Shown here in pieces: positions 1-10,510 of a DNA stretch of 64,000 nucleotides. A model generated the notes under the pieces. That model saw only the letters and a program-made list of their open reading frames with translations, was not told where the DNA came from and made no database searches. Positions within the stretch are counted from its first letter, which is position 1. Each line of letters begins with the position of its first letter. Source of the stretch: an uncultured Acidobacteriota bacterium (lineage in GTDB: Bacteria; Acidobacteriota; Vicinamibacteria; Marinacidobacterales; SMYC01); the NCBI GenBank assembly GCA_963815675.1, contig CAWFHP010000009.1, positions 248,235 to 312,234 of the forward strand, read 5' to 3'. The position numbers were made by a program, and so were the translations under genes.

Positions 1-395
1 GGCGGTGGTGTAATCGAAGACGTAGAGCTCGGCGTCTCGAGTCGTTCCGACCATCACGTTCCAGAAGGCCACCGAAACGGAGCGCTTCAGGAAGGGGAGC
101 TCCTCCTTCGGTCGGCAGTAGACGAAGAGCTTCAGACAACCCAATCCCAGCTCGCGGAACCGGTCGCGAGACCGGCGCTTTTCGAAGGACATCCCCATGC
201 GTGCCGCGGCGTCCGCCATCTCTTTTCGGCGCTTGAATCCGTGGCGTAGGGAGTAGGTGAGCCCCGTGATCACCGCGGAGGCGAGGACCAAGGTGGGTGC
301 CGCTGGCGCCCAGTCCGGGGCGTCCTCTTGGGACGCCCACCAACCGGAGCCCACCAGAGCCAGGACAAAAAACAGCGCGACCCACTTCGCCATTC
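1..395 (-). CDS. hypothetical membrane protein, N-terminal part (gene continues beyond window start)
   Basis: Reverse complement from ATG (comp 393-395) reads MAKWVALFFVLALVGSGWWASQEDAPDW... without a stop to position 1. It has an N-terminal hydrophobic helix. It is absent from the ORF track because it runs off the edge. Confidence 0.35.
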
Positions 396-827
396 GAATT
401 CCGGAATTTCATCCATTGTACCGGCTCGATGGCGCCGGCGCTGTGGCCTGGTGAACAGATGAGCTCATCCACCTGGCACGCACGAACGTTGCAAGGGCAG
501 GGGACACGGCTGCGTTTCGGTTGTTGAAGTCAGCGGTATGTGCGGGGGGCGCGGTGGACTCGTTCCTCGCTGAAGTCGTGCCCCGGTTGCCGTCCTCTGC
601 TCGCACCGTCATCATGGATCTGACCCAAGCGCGCGAGGTGAGGTTCACGGCACGTTCCGCGCTCGAGCGTTTTGCGGCCGATCTAACGGCGAAGGGCATC
701 CGCTTTCACCTCGCCAGCGTGAGAAGGTGCCTCGAGTCGATCGCGGCAGAGCGGTCCGAGCGGGCAGGGAGGCAGCAAAGGCTTGACGGAGCTCATCCCT
801 TACAATCCTTCGCTCGGCGGCCCCACG

Positions 828-1283
828 ATGATGCAGATCGTACGGAACGATCCGTTCGGCCACGTTCTTGGCTGGTTGGTGGGTTTCGTAGCGGTGATCC
901 CGTGCGTGGTCTTTCTCTCTTCACTACTGGATGGGATCGAGTCCCGGGAGAGCTGGTCCGAAATCGTGGGCGGCATCACGCTGCTGGTACTCCTGGGCCT
1001 CGCAGTCCTTCGACTCCGCACGAAGGCATTGGAGCGGCGCCTCGCGACCTCACCGAGGATCGCCGCCGAGCTCATCCGCTACATCCATGCCGGCCAGTGG
1101 GTGAACCTTCGAGTCCGTTATCGCTGGGAAGATCGCACCTTGGAGCGAACCCTCATGGTTCCCAATGGAAAGTACAGCGCTCGATTGAGTGGGCACGAGA
1201 CGCTCACTCTGGCCATCGTACCCAACCATCCGAAGCGTGTGACCATCGTGGACCTCTACGAGTCGGATACGGCCAGTGCCTGA
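828..1283 (+). CDS. hypothetical small membrane protein (2 TM helices + soluble tail)
   Basis: Frame of ORF 783..1283 starting at tandem ATG ATG (MMQIVRNDPFGHVLGWLVGFVAVIPCVVFL...). Two hydrophobic segments. The overlapping 333-aa ORF 521..1522 looks like a GC-frame artifact. Confidence 0.4.
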   Translation: MMQIVRNDPFGHVLGWLVGFVAVIPCVVFLSSLLDGIESRESWSEIVGGITLLVLLGLAVLRLRTKALERRLATSPRIAAELIRYIHAGQWVNLRVRYRWEDRTLERTLMVPNGKYSARLSGHETLTLAIVPNHPKRVTIVDLYESDTASA

Positions 1284-1666
1284 GTTGTTGTCAGGTTAAA
1301 GAAGCGACCACCGTTTCCCCTGGCATCGGGGAGACGGAGAGGAGGTGCTTCGCGTCCGAGCGAAAGCTCCGTCGTCGGCCGCGTTTCCACCATGGCCCTT
1401 TGAGACTATTGCGCCCCGGCCTCAGGTTCAAGGCAGATGGTGACGGCCACGCTTTGATGACGGTGGATCCGCAATTTCATCCAGACGGCCTGTACCGATA
1501 CGATACGCCGGTTCTGAGATGAGTACCGGCCCGAGCGGACCTCGGTGCATCCGTGCCTCGCCGAACCCGTTTCGCATCTCGTCGTGTCGGCCAGCAAGAT
1601 AGCAGCGAAGGTTGTGTCTTTCCTGTCCGGATGAGTACGCCACACGCGCACCGGGCCACTGCTACA

Positions 1667-2156
1667 CTACCGCTGTTCCATCTGGCCAAGCTGGCGCTGC
1701 AAGCTGAGTATGTCCGGATAGACCCACTGCTCCACGATCTTGCCGTCACTCAGTCGAAAGATGGCGACCTCGGAGATCTCTACGCGGTTTCCGGTCGGCG
1801 GACGGCCGAGGAAGTCACCCGAGTTCGTGCCATGTGACTTGAATCGTACGACGACTCGGTCGCGATCGGCGATCGTGTCCTCGACTTCTTCGGTCCAGTC
1901 CGGAAACGACCTGCGGTGTGCCATCACCTGGGCGAGCACTCCTTCTCGGCCGTGCACGGTCTCCTCGGGAAAGTGGCCGACGAAGTCTATCGGCGAATAG
2001 CTCATCGATCAGCTCGACCGTTCCCTTGCTCCAGATCTCGGAAGGGACGCGATGAACCAGCGCGATATTCCGTGCTTTCACCGAGTCGACGGAAGGTGCG
2101 CAACCTGCCGCGAGCACGATTACGGTCGCAGCGGGAAGAAAAGCGGTTCGGTTCAT
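1667..2156 (-). CDS. SnoaL-like (NTF2-fold, ester-cyclase-like) lipoprotein; apparent frameshift near 2000
   Basis: ORF 1815..2156 gives a lipobox signal MNRTAFLPAATVIVLAAGC plus a SnoaL-like N-term (NIALVHRVPSEIWSKGTVELIDELFAD). ORF 1667..2005 gives the rest (FVGHFPE...GNRVEISEVAIFRLSDGKIVEQWVY). The two frames abut. Confidence 0.55.
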
Positions 2157-2159
2157 GGT

Positions 2160-3183
2160 TCACACGGGGTCGGCGAGCTTCAGAAGCTGCTTTCCGAAGT
2201 TCTTGCCGTGGTACAGACCGATGAGCGTCTTCGGTATGTTCTCGAAACCGGTTCGAATATCCTCCGCGAAGCGAATCTTGCCCTCCTTGACCCAGGCGGC
2301 AAGCTGCTCGGTGGCCTCTCCGAAGCGGGCGGCGTAGTCGAGAACGATGAAGCCTTCCATGCGACCGCGCTGGGGTACGAGCCTGAAGTAGTTCTTCGGC
2401 CCGGGTTGCGGCTCACTGGCGTTGTATATGGAAATCGCGCCGCTGAGGACTACCCTTGCGTTTCGGTTGATGCGGGCCAGCGCCGCATCGAGAATCGTTC
2501 CGCCGACATTGTCGAAGTAGACGTCGATCCCCTTGGGGCAGAGCTGGTCGAGCCTTTTTTCCACATCCTCGTTCTTGTAATCGATGACGCCGTCGAATCC
2601 GGCGGTTTCCACAACCCAGCGGCACTTCTCGGGTCCACCCGCGATGCCGACCACCTTGCAGCCCTGGATCCTCGCGATTTGACCCGCCACCGACCCGGTC
2701 GCTCCCGCCGCACCGGAGACCACGACGGTCTCGCCCGACACGGGCTTTCCGATTCTCGAGGAGGCCGAAGTAGGCGGTGAGACCGGTCAGGCCGAGAACG
2801 CCGAGCATCCAGCTCGGGGGCACGCCCTTCGGAACCTTGCTCACGGCAGACTTCGATTCGTCCGAGACCAGGGAGTAGTCCTGCCAGCCGAAAGCCCCTC
2901 GGACGAGCTCGCCGGCCTCGAATCCGCGGCAGTTGGACTCCACGACCTGCGCGACGGCCAGGGCGCGCATCGGCTGGCCGAGAGGAACGGGTGGAACGTA
3001 GCTCGGCCGGTCGCTCATCCATCCCCGCATGGCGGGCTCGAACGACAGTACCAGATTGCGCACCAGCATCTGGCCTTCATCGGGCACTGGTACAGACGTT
3101 TCCCGATACTCGAAGTTCGATTCCCGGACCATGCCTTCGGGACGGGAGACAAGTATCCATTGACGGTTCACACCTTCGGCCAT
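2160..3183 (-). CDS. NADP-dependent oxidoreductase, MDR (zinc-free alcohol dehydrogenase-like / alkenal reductase) family; apparent frameshift near 2750
   Basis: N-half in ORF 2413..3183 (MAEGVNRQWILVSRPEGMVRESNFEYRE...LTAYFGLLE). C-half in ORF 2160..2741 with Rossmann motif VSGAAGATGSVAGQIARIQGCKVVGIAG and the family C-terminus. Confidence 0.7.
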
Positions 3184-3555
3184 GATCGCGGAAATTTAAC
3201 ATGGAGGAGCTTTGCGGAGCGAACGAAAGGTCAAGACGGTTCGGTCCATCGTGACGCTCTTGAATGAACGCGGCTCGACCGCCCAGGAAATCCATCCATA
3301 TCCAAGGCGTCGATCGACGGATCTACACCGTCTACGACTACCCCAACAAAGTCCCCAGCTCCGAGACGAGTCGCTCGACGACCTTCCCCGGTTCGGGCGA
3401 AGCATACCGGGCGGCGAGCTGCATCAACCCCGGCCTCATCACTATGCGGATTCGTCGGCGCTGGTCGTGGTGCGGGCCTGGCAAGCCCGTCGCAACCGAT
3501 AGAGCTTCGTCCCACGGTCATTCTCAGTAAGACAGAGCTCGACGTTGAAGGTTCG

Positions 3556-5740
3556 TCAGGGATTCGTCTCCAACGGATTCACCCAGAGGCCGCGGCCGAA
3601 CGTCGCCCCGTAGAGCTTTTTGGTGATGGGGTGGATTTCGAGATCCGTCACCGGGACGTGCGGGAGACCGCAGTTGAAGGGCTCCCAGCTCCACTCGAGA
3701 CCGCCCGTCTCTGTGGCGGTTCCCGTCACCCGATACACGCCTTTGGTCGTGGCCACGTAGGCGGTGTTCCCGTGGAACGGGTCGACGGCGATCATGCTGG
3801 ACATCTTCCAGTCTTCGCCCAGGGACAGGTCCGTCGGCAGGTTCTCGGTGATGTTCGTCTTGTTCCAGAAGACGAGCGGAGTGCCGCCCTGCTCGACATC
3901 GGAGGTGACTTTCTGGAGAATCCAGACACGGTTCGGCCCCTGGATCTTGCCGCTCCCATAGAACCCGGCCCAGAGCCTGTTCGAATCGCCGGGGTCGATG
4001 GCGAGGCCGACCGAGGCGGCGGAGGTGGGGAGGGTAAAGATCAGAGCCCAGCTTCCGCCGCCGTTGTCGGACGTCCAGATCTGGCCGGACGTCATGCCCG
4101 CGTAGATGGCGTTCGAGCTCGCATCGATGGCCACGCGCTTCACCTCACCGACGGCTTGCGGGTACGTCGTCTTGTCCGGACCGATGCCCGTCCAGGCGGC
4201 ACACGACGGGCACGTCGTCCAGTCGCCTCCCGCATCCCCGTGCTGGAAGGCCTCGGGACCGGCGGTGAGAAGGATGTCCGGGTCGGTTGGGTGGGTGACG
4301 AAGAACGGGTCGCCCTGGAAATGCTCTTTGTCCGGTAGTCCCGGAGCCCCCTTCCATTTCGCCTGGAAGGAGGCGAGCCAGCCTTCGGCTTTCGCCGTCT
4401 CAGTGAGGTACTGGTGTTGCGAAAAGATGGAGTCCGCGTCACCCGGAAGGATGCCGACGTAACGGCCGTCGCCGCCTCGCAAGAGAGTCCAGTCGGGCGA
4501 GCCGAGCAAAGAGGCGATGGTCCCGTTGTCCTGGGCTCCACCCAGAATCAGGTCGGCGCGGTCGTCCGACAGGGCGACGTCGAAAAAGGTCATCGTCCTC
4601 AGATCGTTGTTGATCGCGGTGCAGATCGTACCCTGCGAGACGCAGCGGAAAACGCCGCCATCGCCGGAGAAATAGAGGGTCGAGGGATCGCCGGGCTCGA
4701 AGGCATAGCCGTGCTGGTCGTCGTGGAGTCCGCGTATGCGCTGAAACGTCGTCCCGCCGTTCTCGGAGCGATAGGTCTGGATGTGGCCCATGAAGACGGT
4801 GGATGGGCTCATGGGGTCCACGAAGAGGTAGGCGTTGTACCAGCTCTCCCAATAGGCGCCGTCGAGCGCGACCGTTGGCTTGACCCATTTGTAACCGGTC
4901 TTGGCGGAGAAGCGCTTTTCCCATGAGTCTCCACCCTTCGTGCTCTGGTAGAGCTCGTAGTTTCCCGAATGGTGAATGCCGGCGTAGACAAACCCGGGAT
5001 CGCTCGGCGCGATTGCGATCCGCACCGCACCGGAGGCGCCATTGGGCAATCCGGTCGTCCCGTCGCTCAGATACTCCCAGGAGGCGTCGCCCGTCGGCGC
5101 ACCACCGCTCGTGCTTCGATAAACGCCCTTCTTGTAGATACCCACGTAGAATCTCGTCGTGTCCGTTGGGTGAGGCACGAAGCTCATGACGTCACCGGAC
5201 TTGATACGTGTCCAGGTGCCCGGACTGGCCTTGATCGCGAACTTGTCGATGACCCTCGTGCACCCAAACACCTTTGTTGCCCGCCGCGTACAGCTCGAAG
5301 CGATCGGGCGCGGTGTAGCGCACGAGCAAATTCTGGAACCGGCTTCCAATGGTCATATCGGTGAAAACGTGCCAGGACGTTCCGGCGTCGATGGATTTGT
5401 AGAGCCCGGCCGTGCTACCGGCGTAGAGAATGTCGGTATTCGTCGGGTCCATGGCCATGGCGCTGATGCCGAGAGAGGGCATGTAGTCGGACCGAGGAGA
5501 CCAGCTCGTGCCACCGTTCGTCGTCTTCCAGATGCCGCCGTAGGGTGATCCGATGTAGATGGTCTTCACGTCGTCTGGATCGACGACGATGCTATCGGCG
5601 CGGCCCGACCAGCCGTTCGTGAGCGCCGCAGGCCCCAACGACGTCCAGCTCGTTTGATCCGCGAGGCAAAGGGAATCGTTCGCGGTCCAGGTCCACCCTC
5701 CGGGAATAGACATCCGGTGCGTCGGTCCTCGGGACGACAT
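3556..5740 (-). CDS. BNR/Asp-box repeat beta-propeller domain (sialidase-like/sortilin-like) of a large secreted protein; internal frameshift near 5200-5350
   Basis: Repeated S-x-D-x-G-x-T-W motifs (TTNGGTSW, SIDAGTSW, STKGGDSW, SENGGTTF, TSDNGGGSW) across ORFs 5192..5740 and 3556..5349. It is probably the C-terminal part of the same gene as 5843..7174. Confidence 0.65.
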
Positions 5741-5842
5741 GGGAGGGATCGACCTCTGCCCAAATAGTGCGTGGCGAGGCGGTCACCAACGCGAGCGAGG
5801 CTTCGAGCTCCATCGTGCTCGCGGGCGCGAGAAAAGGTATCG

Positions 5843-7174
5843 TCACGGTCTGAAAGAGCGTGCCGGGAAGAAAGACGTCGCCGGACGACGTCCCGGAGAC
5901 GTCGCGGGTGCGGGCACGTCGTCCCGAACGTCGGTGTGGAATTCTACCGGCACGTTCTCCGCCGCCCCCCAGCCGATGTTCCTGATGCTGGCGCGAACGG
6001 TCAACGTATCGCCCGCGGAAGGCATCGCCGGATCGAAGGAGAGCTCCTCGATGAGCAAATCCGGGAGCGTCTCCGTCGCTCCTCCGAGATGGATGACCTC
6101 GGAGACGTTGTTGTCGGTCGGATCGGACTCGACTTCCCCGGCTGCTAGCTCGGCGATGGCGGAAACATAGTGCCGGCCGGGCTCGCCCGAAGTCCATTCC
6201 CCGGTCACCGTCCGCGTCTCTCCCGGGAGGAGCTCCTCGACTCTGACCGCGTCCACTGCGACGCCATCCACGAGAAAGCGCACGACGATGTCGTGGAGTA
6301 CGACCGTACTCTCCTCCACGTCCGACGTCCGGTTGGAGATTTCGGCGGTGAGTGCGATGGGCTCACCCGCCATGGCCCGGTCCGGGTCGAGGGTAAGGCG
6401 TTCGTTGACGAGGTCGGGAGGCTCCCAGGGACGAGTGGCCTCGACGAGACCGAGAAGCTCGAGCGAGGCGACGTTGTTCGTCTTCGTGCCCTCTGGAAGA
6501 AAGCCGTCGGGATCGATGCGAGCCTCGATCCGATTGGGGCTGGTGGCGCTTCCCGGCCAGACCTCTTGGACGGTTGTGCTGCTGCAAGGGGCGACCGACA
6601 CGAGCTCGCGGCCGAACTCCTCTCCGTCTCGAGCGAAGGAGACGGCGACGCTCGATGCCGCTACGCCCCCGCGGTTGACGACCTCGAGCGCGAGGCGAGC
6701 CTCGTCTCCTTCGTAAGGCGTTGGTGGATCGGCGGTGAGCTCCCGCGCAACGAGATCGGGCCAGGGTGCATCCTCGAGGCAGTCGACCTCCGGCGGGTTC
6801 GATCGGCACGTCTCGTCCTCAGGCAGGCTCGAAAGGAGCGTGTCGAGAAGGAAAAGGGCCCTGTCGTGGAGGTCCAGCATCACCTGGCGTGGAGGGCTTC
6901 TTCGAGTCTCGTGCAGAAAGGCCTCGACGTTCCTCGCACTCGGGCAGGGCCGTCCCTCACGATAGTTGGCTTCCGCAGTCCGGAGCTTCGCCAGCAGACT
7001 CTGTCGCCGTCCGCTCGAGAGGAGGTCCGCGGGCAGGTGCACGATGTAGCCCTGGAGCTCGTCGAAACCTTCGAGGACGCCCTCGGAGAGGGACGCTTCG
7101 GCCTCCTGGGCTCGAAAGGCCAGGCCGATCAGAACGACAAAGATCGTGAACGCGTTGGTGAGCCTTCGTTGCAT
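5843..7174 (-). CDS. secreted protein with signal peptide and three CARDB-like domains (N-terminal part of the CARDB+BNR protein)
   Basis: Start ATG comp 7172-7174 is preceded by GGAGG. Signal peptide MQRRLTNAFTIFVVLIGLAFRAQEA. Three ~100-aa repeats of CARDB type (LALEVVNRGGVAASSVAVSF..., LTAEISNRTSDVEESTVVLH..., LTVRASIRNIGWGAAENVPVEF...). The frame breaks around 5850-5900 before the BNR part. Confidence 0.65.
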   Translation of the reverse strand: MQRRLTNAFTIFVVLIGLAFRAQEAEASLSEGVLEGFDELQGYIVHLPADLLSSGRRQSLLAKLRTAEANYREGRPCPSARNVEAFLHETRRSPPRQVMLDLHDRALFLLDTLLSSLPEDETCRSNPPEVDCLEDAPWPDLVARELTADPPTPYEGDEARLALEVVNRGGVAASSVAVSFARDGEEFGRELVSVAPCSSTTVQEVWPGSATSPNRIEARIDPDGFLPEGTKTNNVASLELLGLVEATRPWEPPDLVNERLTLDPDRAMAGEPIALTAEISNRTSDVEESTVVLHDIVVRFLVDGVAVDAVRVEELLPGETRTVTGEWTSGEPGRHYVSAIAELAAGEVESDPTDNNVSEVIHLGGATETLPDLLIEELSFDPAMPSAGDTLTVRASIRNIGWGAAENVPVEFHTDVRDDVPAPATSPGRRPATSFFPARSFRP

Positions 7175-7285
7175 GATGCCTCCATCTGCATGGCCCGCCC
7201 GCTTTCGGACGACGCGTCCGCGTCCCCCGACACTCACCGCCCCCGGCAACGCATGCTAGGACAGCACCCGCGTCACGTCAACCGC

Positions 7286-7380
7286 CCTCCGCGCTCTCCT
7301 GGTTGCCTTTTCTTGCAAAGGCCAAGGCCTCTGCCCGTCGTGTGGGGCGAAGCGAGTCGCCATCTTCTCCTCACTACTCC
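7286..7380 (+). mobile_element. short remnant of an IS91-family transposase zinc-binding domain (about 30 codons)
   Basis: + strand reads LVAFSCKGQGLCPSCGAKRVAIFSSLL. About 80 bp are near-identical to 17911..18005 inside the larger IS91-like fragment. No ORF context remains. Confidence 0.5.
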
Positions 7381-7552
7381 CTCTCGGGGAACCGGTCGTG
7401 GACGATGCGATAGTCCTCATCGGGCTTGTACGCGGATGGGACGTTGGAATTCGGGGCTCAACCTGGAGGCGGAGGAGTGGGGCGCCTTCCCCGAGTGATC
7501 CCCGGGGGGCACGACCGGCGGGCGGCGAGAAGAGCCGCCCTGGGGGAGACAA

Positions 7553-8464
7553 TCAGGCGGAGGGGCTGACCCCCGGGAGTGCGCTCTCCGCCGCCGCCGC
7601 GGTCGGGCTCGCGGCCGCGGGCGGCCCCAGCAGCCTCACCCAGGGCAGGACCAGAACGACCGTCACCAGCATGTAGCACCCGATCAGAGGGACCAGCTCT
7701 CGTCGGCCGAGCAGCTCTGCGACCAGCAGCCCGATGACGAAGTTCTGCACCCCGACCTCGATTCCGAGGGTAAAGCTGTCTTCCCGGCCGAGGCCGAGCC
7801 TCCGCGCGGCGCCCCATGCCAGGAGCACCGCGCTCGCATGGAAGAGGCCGGCGCCCGCGAGGACCGTGAGGCTGAAGCTCGCCGCGATGGCGTGCCAGCG
7901 CTGGGCCACGTACGCCGCTCCGCCCACGGCGAAGAGCAGCAGCATCGCGCGCCGCGTCGGTCGCTCGAGGCGGCCGGCGAGCTCCGGACTCCTCGCGCCG
8001 ATAGCGACCCCAATCGCGAGCGGAGCCACGAGGATCGCGAAGCTGCCCGCGACCATCCGGGCCGCCGGCAGGTCGACGGCGGCGCCGCCGGTGAGCCTCA
8101 GGCCGACTCCGACCCAGAAGGGGATCGTCGCGATCCCGGCGAGAGTCGAGCAGGCCGTCAGCACCACCGAGAGCGGCAGCCTTCCACGACCCGCGAACGT
8201 GACCATGTTGGAGAGGGCGCCGCCCGGCACCGCGGCCAGCACGAAGAAGCCCAGGCCGATGCCGTCCGGCGCGGGGTAGGCCCACAGGAACAGCGCCGCG
8301 AGTAGCGGCAGCAGCAGGAGCTGTCCCGAGAGGCCCACGAGCAGCGCGCGCGGTCTCCTCAGAACCTCGTGGACGTACTCGAGCTTCAGCTGGATGCCCA
8401 GGAGCAGCGTCGCGACCAGCGGGACCGCCGCGAGGAGGGCGAACAGCGGGCTCGAGAGCGACAC
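7553..8464 (-). CDS. bile acid:sodium symporter (BASS/SBF) family transporter
   Basis: 303-aa polytopic membrane protein. Family motifs AAVPGGALSNMVTFAGRGRLPLSVVLTACSTLAGIATIPFW and GIEVGVQNFVIGLLVAELLG. Confidence 0.8.
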   Translation of the reverse strand: MSLSSPLFALLAAVPLVATLLLGIQLKLEYVHEVLRRPRALLVGLSGQLLLLPLLAALFLWAYPAPDGIGLGFFVLAAVPGGALSNMVTFAGRGRLPLSVVLTACSTLAGIATIPFWVGVGLRLTGGAAVDLPAARMVAGSFAILVAPLAIGVAIGARSPELAGRLERPTRRAMLLLFAVGGAAYVAQRWHAIAASFSLTVLAGAGLFHASAVLLAWGAARRLGLGREDSFTLGIEVGVQNFVIGLLVAELLGRRELVPLIGCYMLVTVVLVLPWVRLLGPPAAASPTAAAAESALPGVSPSA

Positions 8465-8474
8465 GGGCGTCCGA

Positions 8475-9851
8475 TCAGCGGGCCGCGGGCGCCGGTGCCG
8501 GGGTTCGCAGCGGGACCAGCCGCTGCAGCTTCCCCGTCTGGGAGTCGCGAGCGAAGCCGTCGACGGTCCGGACCGAGACCGCGGGCTCGGGCAGCCCGGA
8601 CGCTCTGAGGACCCGCGTCAGCTCCGCCGCGAGGGCCGTGCCGTCGAAGGGGCCGTCCGGCTGGATCTCGACGTCCAGGCCGTCCCGGGTCTGGCGGACC
8701 CGGTAGTCCGCGATGCCCGGCGTCTCGATCACGGGCGAGAGCACCGCCAGCGAGTGGACGCGCGCGCCGTCGTAGACGAAGGTCACGTACGACCGGCCCT
8801 CGACGGTGGCGACGACGTGACCGTGATCCGCCGCGTCCGGCCGGCGCGTGAGGCGGTCTTCCAGCACGTACCGGATGAGCGGCTGCGCGGTGTTGAAGAG
8901 GTTCGTCACCAGGATCCGCGCCGAGGGCGTCCCCGGCGGCACCGGACAGTTCTCCTCGTCGACGAGCTCGACGAGGGCGAGGTCGGTCCCCAGGGTGAAG
9001 GCCTCGGCGCCCGGGAGCCGGCCGCCGATCAGGCCCTCGCTGGTGGCGTAGGTCTCGAAGACCGGCGCCCCGAAGGCGGCGCCGATCTCGGCCTCGACGT
9101 CGCGACTCATCTGCTCGGCTCCCGCCATGATGCGGCGCGGGGCGATCGCCAGCCGCCCGGCCCGCTGCTCGGCCGCGAGGCGGTGGAGGAGGCTCGGGTA
9201 GCCCATGAGCATGTCGGGCCGGGCGTCGTTGAGCCGCTCGACGATCTGCGGAAGGGGCAGCGTGACGGGCGCCGGGACGAGGCGGACGAGCGCGCCGTCG
9301 AGCAAGGAGAAGGTGATCTGCGCGGCATGGGACGCGCTCGGCGCGCTGACCGCCGCCAGTGTCCTCGGGCCGGGCTCCGGGGGGCCGGGGAGCGCCACGA
9401 TCCGTGCGGCGTAGTCGGCCATCGCGTCCTCGCCGTAGACGAACATCCCCTTCAGGCCGGAGCTGCCGCCGGAGCCGATGGCGAGGTAGCGCTCCTCGAG
9501 CGACGCGGGGAGTTCGCCGGTCGCCGCCAGGTGCGCCCCGACCCTCTCGCGGGTGAGACGCCGGTCGGTGACGACCTCGTCGAACGACTCCATCATCTCC
9601 GCCTTGGTCATGACCGGCAGCGAGGCGAGCTCGCCGAGCTCGAAGCGGGAGGGGTCGACTCCCGCCAGGCGGCGCGCGTGGAACGGCGAGTGCTCGATCG
9701 CGTGCGCGAGCAGGTGACGGAGCCGCTCCTGCTGGTGCGCCTCGATCCGACGGCGGTCCCAGCGGAGCCGCTCGAGGTGGACGGGCACCTGCTCCATCAG
9801 CGTCTCCTGGAACCGGCGTCGCAGGTTTTCGAAGCTCTCGTTCACGCTCAT
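8475..9851 (-). CDS. phenylacetate-CoA ligase-like (PaaK / coenzyme F390 synthetase family) adenylate-forming enzyme
   Basis: Internal start MSVNESFENLRRRF (ATG comp 9849-9851) of ORF 8475..10205. AMP-binding-like motif AIGSGGSSGLKGMFVY and PaaK-like architecture. The start overlaps the tetR stop by 4 nt. Confidence 0.8.
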   Translation of the reverse strand: MSVNESFENLRRRFQETLMEQVPVHLERLRWDRRRIEAHQQERLRHLLAHAIEHSPFHARRLAGVDPSRFELGELASLPVMTKAEMMESFDEVVTDRRLTRERVGAHLAATGELPASLEERYLAIGSGGSSGLKGMFVYGEDAMADYAARIVALPGPPEPGPRTLAAVSAPSASHAAQITFSLLDGALVRLVPAPVTLPLPQIVERLNDARPDMLMGYPSLLHRLAAEQRAGRLAIAPRRIMAGAEQMSRDVEAEIGAAFGAPVFETYATSEGLIGGRLPGAEAFTLGTDLALVELVDEENCPVPPGTPSARILVTNLFNTAQPLIRYVLEDRLTRRPDAADHGHVVATVEGRSYVTFVYDGARVHSLAVLSPVIETPGIADYRVRQTRDGLDVEIQPDGPFDGTALAAELTRVLRASGLPEPAVSVRTVDGFARDSQTGKLQRLVPLRTPAPAPAAR

Positions 9852-10477
9852 AGCGGGTCCTCCTCCCTCTCCGGGCTCACGGGCCCCGACTCCGTCCACA
9901 GCAGCCACAACGCGTGGCGCGTCAGCTCGAACGTGGCGCCGGGGTCGCTCACGAGGTTCTCGAGTACGGTGCCGATGTCGAGGATGGCGATGAACCGGCC
10001 GACGTCCTCGGAGCTCCAGCGCGGCGTATGGCCGGTCCTCCGGGCGAGCGCGCGCCCGATCTCGGAGACCCGGTCGAGCGTTCTCGCGTGCAGCGCCGCG
10101 TAGCGGCGGTTGAGGTCGGGCAGCCGAGCGGCGTGGACCCGGAACTCGAGGACGGCCAGCGCCCAGGGAACGTCGGTCTCGCGGGTCGCCCGGGACTGCT
10201 CCCACAGGTCGCGCAGCGCCGCGCCCGGGGGGGCGTCTCGGACCTTCTCGAGCGAGCGGTTCACCCGTCGCTCCATCCGCTGCTCCATGAGGGCGAGGAA
10301 GAGGTCGTCCTTGCTCCCGAACTGGGAGTAGATGACGCCCTTGGAGAATCCTGCCTCCTCGGCGATCTGCTCCAGCGTGGCTCCGTGGAACCCCTTCTCG
10401 CGGAACAACTTTTCGGCCGCATCCAACACCAGGCCCCGATTCCTCGACGACTGCTCGGGGCGCCTGAGCCTCAACAT
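9848..10477 (-). CDS. TetR/AcrR family transcriptional regulator
   Basis: N-terminal HTH LVLDAAEKLFREKGFHGATLEQIAEEAGFSKGVIYSQFGSKDDLFLAL. 209 aa. It heads a three-gene minus-strand operon (tetR-ligase-BASS). Confidence 0.85.
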   Translation of the reverse strand: MLRLRRPEQSSRNRGLVLDAAEKLFREKGFHGATLEQIAEEAGFSKGVIYSQFGSKDDLFLALMEQRMERRVNRSLEKVRDAPPGAALRDLWEQSRATRETDVPWALAVLEFRVHAARLPDLNRRYAALHARTLDRVSEIGRALARRTGHTPRWSSEDVGRFIAILDIGTVLENLVSDPGATFELTRHALWLLWTESGPVSPEREEDPL

Positions 10478-10480
10478 ACC

Positions 10481-10510
10481 GATGATATTACAATACTGAC
10501 GGTATCACAT
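10481..10510. promoter_or_regulatory. AT-rich imperfect inverted repeat immediately upstream of tetR start (candidate TetR operator/promoter)
   Basis: gatgatattacaatactgacggtatcacatc has half-sites gatgata / tatca(ca)tc. It is the only AT-rich patch in a GC-rich context and sits 4 nt upstream of the tetR start codon. Confidence 0.3.

Noticed and set aside
521-1522. 333-aa plus-strand ORF
   Set aside because: It overlaps the more protein-like 828..1283 frame. It has a Pro/Arg-rich unstructured translation. It is likely a GC-frame artifact.
7256-7552. 98-aa minus-strand ORF sharing the peptide SSEEKMA.RFAPHDGQ.P.PLQEKATR with ORF 17825..18160
   Set aside because: The shared peptide is simply the antisense translation of the ~80-bp IS91-derived repeat. 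The meaningful reading is the plus-strand transposase zinc-finger frame.
8394-10103. 569-aa plus-strand ORF
   Set aside because: It is antisense to the PaaK-like ligase and TetR genes, which have clear family motifs. It is Arg/Asp/Glu-rich noise.
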